Source of the DNA: Candidatus Electronema halotolerans
Lineage (GTDB): Bacteria; Desulfobacterota; Desulfobulbia; Desulfobulbales; Desulfobulbaceae
Assembly: GCA_942493095.1 (NCBI GenBank)
Contig: OW818675.1
Location: forward strand, 2,220,001-2,252,000
DNA: 32,000 nt
Reading direction: 5' to 3'
In this document: one piece after another, positions 17,495 through 24,356 of the stretch
Position numbering within the stretch: the stretch's first letter is position 1
How the letters are laid out: each line of letters starts with the position of its first letter
Made by a program: the position numbers and the translations under genes
The notes under the pieces: model-generated
Told to the model about the DNA's origin: nothing
What the model saw: the letters and a program-made list of their open reading frames with translations, nothing else
Database searches by the model: none

Positions 17495-18587
17495 GCAGAA
17501 ATTGCTCCTCGGCTGGCTGAAGAGAATTGCTACGCTTTACAGGCTGGCGCTGACTTCTTGGCGAAAACTGGCCCAAGGCTGGCGGCTGACAGTCGGCGCA
17601 GTCGTCTGGCTGATCCTGATCTCAGTGCTTCATTTCTGGCTCAATTTTGATCACGGCAGCCGCCAGATTGTCGCAATGGGCTACATGCCGGTCATCACCA
17701 ATATGGCAGCCCCGCTTTTAGACTATGTGAGCAAGGACAAAGGCGATATTTATTTTAAAGCCCTCAAGTTCAGCGCCTTTGCCGAAATGGCCGAGGCCCT
17801 GCGCAATGACGAGATTCAGGCCGCCTTCATCATTGCCCCGCTCTCCATCGTGCTCCGGCAGCAGGGCGAGGATGTGAAGGTGGTCTATATCGGCAACCGC
17901 CATGAAAGCTCCTTGGTGGCGAGAAAAAGCCTCCACATCAGCAGTGAGTCCAGCGTGGCCGGCAAACTGCGCGGCCTGATCGGCAAAACCGTGGCTGTGC
18001 CCATGCGTTTTTCCGGCCATAACCTCAGTCTGCGGGAGCTGATGGACAAATATGGTCTGACTGGCCAGATCAACATTGTGGAGATGAATCCGCCGGACAT
18101 GGCTTCAGCCTTGGCCAGCAAATCTGATCTGGCTGCCTACTATGTCGGCGAGCCATTCGCCTCCAAAACGTTGAAGAACGATCTTTCTGACTTGGTCTTT
18201 CATGTGGAGGAGGTCTGGCCTTCGTTCATCTGCAATTTAGTCCTTGTCAAACAGAGCACCATTGACCGGGACCCGGAGGCAGTGCGGCGGCTGGTGGAGG
18301 GAGCGGCCCGCTCCGGCCTCTGGGCGGAAACGCATCAGGATCAGGCGGCGGCAATATCGGCCCAATACTGGTCGCAGCCTGCGGACTTGGTGAAATATGC
18401 GCTTCAGGGGAGAAAAGTGATTTTTGATCAATATCTTCCCAAAGAGAAAGAGATGCAGGAAATTGCCGACCTGATGGTCAAGCATGGCCTGATTGAGGAC
18501 AACAGGATTGACGGGCTGGTTGACGCTCACTTTGCCGCTGCGGTGAAAAAGGAGCCTGTTGACAGCTTGGATGCTATTTTGCCGTAA
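17484..18587 (+). CDS. ABC transporter substrate-binding protein (NMT1/SsuA/NrtA-like) with an uncleaved N-terminal membrane anchor
   Basis: 367-aa ORF with a TM anchor (VGAVVWLILISVLHFWL). It then reads VAMGYMPVITNMAAPLL...FAEMAEALRNDEIQAAFIIAPL, typical of NitT/TauT-family binding proteins. It overlaps the ATPase gene by 11 nt. Confidence 0.72.
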   Translation: MRFKQKLLLGWLKRIATLYRLALTSWRKLAQGWRLTVGAVVWLILISVLHFWLNFDHGSRQIVAMGYMPVITNMAAPLLDYVSKDKGDIYFKALKFSAFAEMAEALRNDEIQAAFIIAPLSIVLRQQGEDVKVVYIGNRHESSLVARKSLHISSESSVAGKLRGLIGKTVAVPMRFSGHNLSLRELMDKYGLTGQINIVEMNPPDMASALASKSDLAAYYVGEPFASKTLKNDLSDLVFHVEEVWPSFICNLVLVKQSTIDRDPEAVRRLVEGAARSGLWAETHQDQAAAISAQYWSQPADLVKYALQGRKVIFDQYLPKEKEMQEIADLMVKHGLIEDNRIDGLVDAHFAAAVKKEPVDSLDAILP

Positions 18588-18604
18588 CAAAAGGAAGATG
18601 GACT

Positions 18605-19027
18605 ATGACCGCTGTGAAAACGGAAAACAGACGCAAAGCTCCCAGACTTGAACGGCAGGCAGCCCTGCTCGTCACCAAGCTCCAGTATCCCATGACCAAT
18701 CTGGAGGCCAAGCCCGCAGTCACGAAAAATCTGGCTGAACACGGCCTCTGCTTCACGGCTGGCGAGCTGTATGAGCCAGGAGCGATCCTCCAGCTTGCCA
18801 TTGACCTGCGCGGCTGGCAGCAGTATCTGAACAATATTATTGCGGTGCTCGACACCGGCTCGGTGTCCAAACCGCTGACCGCCATTGCCGAGGTGATCTG
18901 GGCCCAGCAGCTCCAAGACAAGGAGCAGTACGAGATTGGAGTCCGTTTCAAGGATATTTACGAAGACGATTTGAAAGCCTTTAAACAATATTTGACCAAG
19001 CTGTTCAGTCAGCAGGAGCAGGACTGA
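18605..19027 (+). CDS. PilZ-domain protein (putative c-di-GMP receptor)
   Basis: 140-aa ORF. It has an RxxxR motif (RRKAPR) near the N-terminus. About 30 residues later comes N-L-A-E-H-G, which fits [D/N]-x-[S/A]-x-x-G. The C-terminal YEIGVRFKDI is typical of PilZ barrels. Confidence 0.65.
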   Translation: MTAVKTENRRKAPRLERQAALLVTKLQYPMTNLEAKPAVTKNLAEHGLCFTAGELYEPGAILQLAIDLRGWQQYLNNIIAVLDTGSVSKPLTAIAEVIWAQQLQDKEQYEIGVRFKDIYEDDLKAFKQYLTKLFSQQEQD

Positions 19028-19040
19028 CAGACTGAGCAGC

Positions 19041-19577
19041 ATGAATTTCCTTCCCAAAAGCGGCCTGCAGCGCCAGATGGGGTTTTATATTCTTTTCATC
19101 GGCATTGTCTTCCTGACCATGGCCGTGGAAATGGAACGCTTTCTTCGCGGCGACGAGGTGCTGGGCCTGCTTCAAGAACAGATGGGCAGCAGGCCGGCGC
19201 TGGAGCTGGTGGGGCTGATTCTGCTCAAAGTCCGGGTGATGGCGAGCATTCTTCTCTTGGCCATTGGTCTGGTGATGATGCTCTTCATCAAGCGGATACT
19301 TTTTCCCTTGGAGCAGATCATCGAGCGGACACGGGCGATGAGCGCAGGTGACTTTTCCGTGGCCCTGCCTGAAGAGAGCAAAGACGAGCTGGGCGAGCTG
19401 GCCCGGCATATCAATGATCTGAACGCCAATGAGCAGGAGCTGATCCTGTTGGTGAAAAACATGGCCGAGCAGCTCCGTCTGACCTTGGCGAAAGGCGACG
19501 TTGATGAGGCTATGGAGCTGCTCAACGAGCTGGACGAGACACTGGCTGAATTTGGCAGGAGCTTTTATCGGTGCTGA
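19041..19577 (+). CDS. Second membrane protein with two TM helices and a HAMP domain, no output domain (paralogue of 9624..10268)
   Basis: 178-aa ORF with TM helices FYILFIGIVFLTMAV and ILLLAIGLVMMLFI. The HAMP segment is LFPLEQIIERTRAMSAGDFSVALPEESKDELGELARHINDLNANEQE. It shares the pattern L-x-PL...TR-x-M-x-x-G...DE-x-G-x-L...INDL-x-x-N-x-QE with the 9624 protein. Confidence 0.68.
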   Translation: MNFLPKSGLQRQMGFYILFIGIVFLTMAVEMERFLRGDEVLGLLQEQMGSRPALELVGLILLKVRVMASILLLAIGLVMMLFIKRILFPLEQIIERTRAMSAGDFSVALPEESKDELGELARHINDLNANEQELILLVKNMAEQLRLTLAKGDVDEAMELLNELDETLAEFGRSFYRC

Positions 19578-20335
19578 TTGCGCAGATGAACTGGCTGATG
19601 CTGCCGGTCGGCATAGGCATCGCCGCAGTGGCCATGTTTTTCGGCTTGGGCGGCGGGGTACTCTGGATGCCGGTGCTGCTCACCTTCACATCTCTCCAGC
19701 CTGAGGAGGCGGTCATTTGCACCATAGTCATTCAAATGTTCGGACAGATGAGCGCCTCGGTCAGCAACAGCCGGGCCGGACTGGTGAACTGGCCGTTAGT
19801 CAGAATGATGGCCTTGGTCGGCCTGCCCTGTGTCGGCGCAGGGGTGCTGCTTTCCGCTGTCCTCCACCCAGTCTGGATCAAACTCTTCTTGGGCTTGGTG
19901 ATTTTTTTCATTGCTTATGCTTTTCTGCGGGGCGATGATTTTTTTGTCCAAGGTTCAGATCAGCCTGACTTGCAGGCCGCCCGGCAGGGCCGTCCGCTGG
20001 CGGCAATGGGCAGTGTGCTGACCGGATTTCTTGGGGTGGGCGTGGGCGACTGGCTGGTGCCTTTTTTCAACATGCGCTGCGGCCTGTCCATGAGCCGGTC
20101 TGTGGCCACCTGCATCGTCCTGATGCTGGTGCTTTCCACAGCTGCCTTGCTTGCCCATCTGCTGCTGGGCCGCAGCATTCCTTGGCCAGTGGCTCTGCCC
20201 GGCATCATCGGTGTGCTGCTCGGCGCGCAGCTTGGCGCGCGGCTGCTGCATCAGGTCCCGGAAACCCGTTTCAAAGAATTTTTTGTCCTCATGCTGGTGT
20301 TCATCGCCGCCCATGTCACCTTCAATGCCCTGTAG
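19571..20335 (+). CDS. TauE/SafE-family (DUF81) anion permease
   Basis: 254-aa polytopic ORF with the glycine-rich FFGLGGGVLWMPVLL and a second-half repeat (TGFLGVGVGDWLVP). The GTG start overlaps the previous stop (GTGCTGA). The alternative start is ATG 19586. Confidence 0.78.
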   Translation: MLIAQMNWLMLPVGIGIAAVAMFFGLGGGVLWMPVLLTFTSLQPEEAVICTIVIQMFGQMSASVSNSRAGLVNWPLVRMMALVGLPCVGAGVLLSAVLHPVWIKLFLGLVIFFIAYAFLRGDDFFVQGSDQPDLQAARQGRPLAAMGSVLTGFLGVGVGDWLVPFFNMRCGLSMSRSVATCIVLMLVLSTAALLAHLLLGRSIPWPVALPGIIGVLLGAQLGARLLHQVPETRFKEFFVLMLVFIAAHVTFNAL

Positions 20336-20347
20336 CTGCAAGCCACG

Positions 20348-21739
20348 ATGAAAAACTCCGCCGCCAACGGCTTTGTTGGTGAAATAGAAGGATTGAGCTT
20401 GGTGGATTTGGTCCAGTTCGCCTGCCTGTCCGGGGACGACCGCAAGTTGAGCGTTCTCAGCAGCGATGACAACTTGGGAGTGCTCTATTTTTCCGACAAC
20501 GAGATTGTCCATGCCGAATTCGGCGAGCTGACCGGCGAGGAGGCCTTTTTCCGCATCATGAGCTGGCCTTCCGGCACCTTCAGCATGCTCTTTGACCAGA
20601 CCGACCAGCGCACTATAGATTCCTCATGGAATTTTCTGCTCTTGGAAGCGGCCCGCCGTCTTGATGAGCAGCAGAAGAAAATCGCTCCCACGGAAGAAGA
20701 GAAAAAGAATATCCTGCCCAAAGTGCTGGTGGTGGATGATTCCCGTTTTTTCACCAAGGCCTTTGTCAAGCTCTTTGAAGATCAGATCAAGGCCAAGGTC
20801 GTGGGCACAGCCACTAATGGCAAGGAAGCCCTAAAGTTTTTGGAAATGCAGGTCCCTGATTTGGTCACGCTGGACATGAACATGCCGGTGATGAGCGGTG
20901 ATGCCGCCTTGAAGCACATCATGATCCGCTCGCCAGCACCAGTGGTGCTTCTCAGCAATTTCAGCGATGAGCATTCCTTCAGGATGATTGACTTCATGCG
21001 CTACGGGGCCGTGGATGTGGTGGCCAAGCCGGTCAATCCTGAATCATGGAATATGATAGGCCGCCGCCTTCAGTACATTCTCAGGAATGTCGGCGAACTC
21101 CGCTTTGACAATCTCAGCCGGGCTAAAAATCTCAAGCCGGCAGAGAGCAAAATCACCCCGGTCAAAGCGGCATCAAGGCTGATTCTGATTTTAAGCGGCT
21201 TGGGCGGCATGCTGGAACTGCAAAAGATCATTCCCGCCTTGGAGCCGGATGAGACAACAGCAGTGGTGGTGCTGCAAAATATGTATCCAGGCATGGCAAA
21301 ACACTTGGCCACCTATTTCAACAGCTTCACCGCCTACGCCGTGAGCAGGATCGCCTTGGGCGATGAGCTGCTCGGCGGGCAGTGCCGGATCGGCAACTGT
21401 CATGGCAGGCAGCAGTTCAGTCTTCATCACGGGGTGCCGATGCTCTCCGGCGAGGAGGATGAATTCCATCACAAGCCTTTGGACACAGACAACCTCCTGC
21501 ATTCCGCCGCTGAGGTCTTCAATGCCGAACTGACCCTGATTCTTCTCAGCGGGGTGGATGTTGATTTGAAGCTCGGCATGGAGGCTGTAAAAAACAAGGG
21601 CGGCAAAATCATCCTTCAAGACCCTGAATCAAGCCTGCTGCCCGGCCCGCTGGAGGGCTTGAAAACCTTGGCCCTGGAGGAATGCTGCCTCAAGCCGGAG
21701 GACATTGCCTCCTATCTGGCCGCCAAACAGCAGTCATGA
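20348..21739 (+). CDS. PATAN/DUF4388 - receiver - CheB-like protein with a degenerate catalytic triad
   Basis: 463-aa ORF.
- The N-terminus GLSLVDLVQF...GVLYFSDNEIVHAEFGELTGEEAFFRIMSWPSGTFSM fits the PATAN/DUF4388 signature.
- The receiver is canonical: VLVVDDS, DLVTLDMNMPVMSG, VLLSN, DVVAKP.
- The C-terminal domain is colinear with CheB, but ASTGG becomes SGLGG, QHMPPG becomes QNMYPG, and TGMGNDG becomes SGVDVDL. Confidence 0.85.
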   Translation: MKNSAANGFVGEIEGLSLVDLVQFACLSGDDRKLSVLSSDDNLGVLYFSDNEIVHAEFGELTGEEAFFRIMSWPSGTFSMLFDQTDQRTIDSSWNFLLLEAARRLDEQQKKIAPTEEEKKNILPKVLVVDDSRFFTKAFVKLFEDQIKAKVVGTATNGKEALKFLEMQVPDLVTLDMNMPVMSGDAALKHIMIRSPAPVVLLSNFSDEHSFRMIDFMRYGAVDVVAKPVNPESWNMIGRRLQYILRNVGELRFDNLSRAKNLKPAESKITPVKAASRLILILSGLGGMLELQKIIPALEPDETTAVVVLQNMYPGMAKHLATYFNSFTAYAVSRIALGDELLGGQCRIGNCHGRQQFSLHHGVPMLSGEEDEFHHKPLDTDNLLHSAAEVFNAELTLILLSGVDVDLKLGMEAVKNKGGKIILQDPESSLLPGPLEGLKTLALEECCLKPEDIASYLAAKQQS

Positions 21740-21852
21740 GCAAGTCCGGCGGCAGGAGGCTCCTGCGGTGCTCCACCCTTGCCTGACATCAAAAAGGTTG
21801 CGCCCGTTCAAACACAACTGAACAGGCACAATTCAACTTCACTGTAGAGATC

Positions 21853-21891
21853 ATGCGTCAGTTTTTCGGCATTGACGGACGGGAGCAGTGA
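21853..21891 (+). pseudogene. 12-codon remnant duplicating the glmM 5' end
   Basis: ATGCGTCAGTTTTTCGGCATTGACGGACGGGAGCAGTGA (MRQFFGIDGREQ*) matches the true glmM start at 25183 ([40 protein letters not shown]). Weaker similarity extends ~25 nt upstream of both ATGs. Confidence 0.55.
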
Positions 21892-21909
21892 ATCACTGCG
21901 CAACATTAC

Positions 21910-22862
21910 ATGAAAGATCAGCTTTATTACGGGGACAATCTCAAGATTCTGCGGGAATACATCCGGGATGAGAGCGTTGATCTGATTTATCTTGATCCGC
22001 CTTTCAACTCAAACCGCAGCTACAATGTCCTGTTCAAAGATGAAAGCGGGCAAGATTCCGAGGCCCAGCTCACCGCTTTTGAGGACACGTGGCATTGGGA
22101 TTTGGCTGCCGCTGCGGTGTATGAGAAGATCGTCACCAGCGCGCCGCCGCACGTGGCTTCCATGATCGGCGCATTGCGCGAATTCATCGGCACCAATCAG
22201 GTGACAGCCTACATCGTCATGATGACCGCCCGCCTGCTGGAACTGCACCGCGTTCTCAAACCGACCGGCAGTCTGTATTTGCATTGCGACCCAACAGCAA
22301 GCCATTATTTGAAAATTGTCTTGGATTCTATTTTCGGAATGCAGAACTTTCGCAACGAATTTGTTTGGAAACGTTCGTCAGCGCACAGTGATGCCAAACA
22401 AGGTTCAAAGCAGGGCGGAAGAATTCATGATACTATCTTTTTCTATACCAAAGGAAAAGAATGGACATGGAATCCGATCTATACCAAATATGATGACAAT
22501 TATATTAAGAAGAATTACAGATACACAGACAAGAAAAGCGGAAGAAAATTCTGCATAGATAATTTGACAGCAGCCAAGCCGGGTGGTGATACCAGCTATG
22601 AATGGCGCGTTAAACGAAAAAAAGACGGTAAAGCAAGCTGGGAAGCAGATTTAACTGAAGAGTATCTTTCTCAGAAGGAAGATTGGGAATACAAAGGAGT
22701 TCCTCCTTATAAAAAGAGATTTTGGGCATATTCTCAGAAAAACATGAGGGAATTTTCCAAGCAAGATAGACTGTATTATTCTGATTCAGGAATGCCACGC
22801 TATAAACGGTATCTTGATGAAATGCCCGGTGTGCCTTTGCAAGATTTATGGACAGATATTTC
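21910..22862 (+). pseudogene. DNA methyltransferase (N6-adenine/N4-cytosine, beta class), 5' fragment interrupted by an IS
   Basis: YYGDNLKILREYIRDESVDLIYLDPPFNSNRSYN contains the catalytic motif IV (DPPF). The reading frame runs into the IS left end, where a TAA stop is supplied by the IS (GTAAC...). Confidence 0.85.
22855..22862. repeat. Target-site duplication, left copy (GATATTTC)
   Basis: It is identical to 24349-24356 and immediately abuts the IS terminal inverted repeat. Confidence 0.9.
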
Positions 22863-24348
22863 GTAACTGATCACAGGGTGTCTCTAAAAAACACTGGCGC
22901 TTGGCATCGCAACTGGATAAATTGTGAGCAGTAATTTTTTCCGCAGGAGAAAGCTGTGACCGCCCCGTTCCATCGTGAAAATTTTGAGATAAGCGAGGAA
23001 GACCTTGCCGCTACACCTCCTGCGGTGCGGAAGCTGCTGTCTTTTTTGATCGCTGAGGTAACGCGGCTGAGAAAACGGGTCGAAGAGCTTGAGGCGAAAC
23101 TCGGCGAAGATTCCTCGAACTCGAACAGGCCGCCTTCTTCCGACTCTCCGTTTACAGAAAAACGGCAGAGAGATCAGGCGGGGAAGCCCCGGAAAAAGCG
23201 GCGTGGATATCGTCAGGAGCTGATGCCGCCGACAGAAACGCAAAAAATGTATCCTTCCGCCTGCTCCTGCGGTTGCGGCAAATTCAAAAACATACGGTCA
23301 TATTATACGCATCAGCATATTGAACTGCCGGAAATCGTGATGCAGGTCAGGCATTTCCTTCTTTATAAAGGGGAATGCGCCGCCTGCGGCAAAACCGTCA
23401 GAGGCTGTGTTCCCGATGAATTCAGAACCGGTTTCGGGGCGCGGTTCACCGCGCTGGTTGCCGAACTGAGCGGCATGGACGGCAGCAGCCGGGGAACTGT
23501 GCGGAAGTTCATCCGTTCCGTGCTCGGCGTTCATATCAGTGCCGGGGCGGTGCAGAAGATCATTGACAGGGCTTCGGCGGCTGTCGCGCCGCACTATGAG
23601 GCCATTTGGGCTGCCGTCACAAGCGGGGATGTCGGGCATATTGATGAAACGACGTGGAAAACTGGCGGCAGACTGCGCTGGTTATGGGTTATGGCGAACC
23701 GGCAGGCCGCGTTCTTCATGATTCATCCGAAACGCTCCAAGGAAGCGTTTGAAGAACTGATCGGCGCTTGGAACGGTATTCTCATCAGCGACGGATACAA
23801 CGTGTACCAAAAATGGGTCGGCAAGCGGCAGACTTGCCTCGCGCATCTTATCCGCCGGGCAGACGGCCTTGCGGAGCGCGCTGACCCTGAACTGGCTGCC
23901 TGCGGAAAATGGGCCGCTGCGGAACTGCGGCGGCTCTGCCGCATGGCGAAAGACCCGCCGACCAAAGGTGAATGGTCCGCATTTTATGCCCGGCTCTGCC
24001 GACTTATCCTACGCTGGCGCGATTGCGACAGTGATGCGGGGAGGTTTGTCCGTCATATTGACAAGGAAATGGAGGCGTTGTTCACTTTCTTGCTCGAAGA
24101 AGGCGTAGAGCCGACAAATAATCCAGCGGAACGGATGCTCCGCTTCGGCGTGCTGTGGCGCAAACGGAGTCAGGGCACTGACAGCGACAAGGGAAACCGC
24201 TGGGTTGAACGAATCCTTTCCCTCCGGCAGACATGCCTGCTTCGGGGAAAATCCACTTTCGAGGTGCTCACCGAGGCCATGCGCTGCTATTTCAGAGGAC
24301 AGATGCCGGATTTAAGCTGGGTCTGAGCGGTACCCTGTGATCGCTTAC
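22863..24348 (+). mobile_element. IS66-family insertion sequence, single-ORF type, 1486 bp
   Basis: Terminal inverted repeats are GTAACTGATCACAGGGTGTCTC (22863-22884) and the reverse complement of 24327-24348, GTAAGCGATCACAGGGTACCGC. They match at 17/22 positions and have the GTAA termini typical of IS66. The element is flanked by a perfect 8-bp direct repeat and contains one IS66-type transposase ORF. Confidence 0.9.
22956..24326 (+). CDS. IS66-family transposase (TnpC-like DDE enzyme)
   Basis: 456-aa ORF with a GTG start and AGGAGA 5 nt upstream. It has an N-terminal leucine-zipper-like helix (LIAEVTRLRKRVEELEAKL) followed by SSNSNRPPSSD. It also has a Cys-rich zinc-finger segment (CSCGCGKF...CAACGK) and a DDE core (HIDETTWK...LISDGYNVY...CLAHLIRR...TNNPAER). 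Confidence 0.9.
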   Translation: MTAPFHRENFEISEEDLAATPPAVRKLLSFLIAEVTRLRKRVEELEAKLGEDSSNSNRPPSSDSPFTEKRQRDQAGKPRKKRRGYRQELMPPTETQKMYPSACSCGCGKFKNIRSYYTHQHIELPEIVMQVRHFLLYKGECAACGKTVRGCVPDEFRTGFGARFTALVAELSGMDGSSRGTVRKFIRSVLGVHISAGAVQKIIDRASAAVAPHYEAIWAAVTSGDVGHIDETTWKTGGRLRWLWVMANRQAAFFMIHPKRSKEAFEELIGAWNGILISDGYNVYQKWVGKRQTCLAHLIRRADGLAERADPELAACGKWAAAELRRLCRMAKDPPTKGEWSAFYARLCRLILRWRDCDSDAGRFVRHIDKEMEALFTFLLEEGVEPTNNPAERMLRFGVLWRKRSQGTDSDKGNRWVERILSLRQTCLLRGKSTFEVLTEAMRCYFRGQMPDLSWV

Positions 24349-24356
24349 GATATTTC
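24349..24356. repeat. Target-site duplication, right copy (GATATTTC)
   Basis: It is identical to 22855-22862. Confidence 0.9.
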
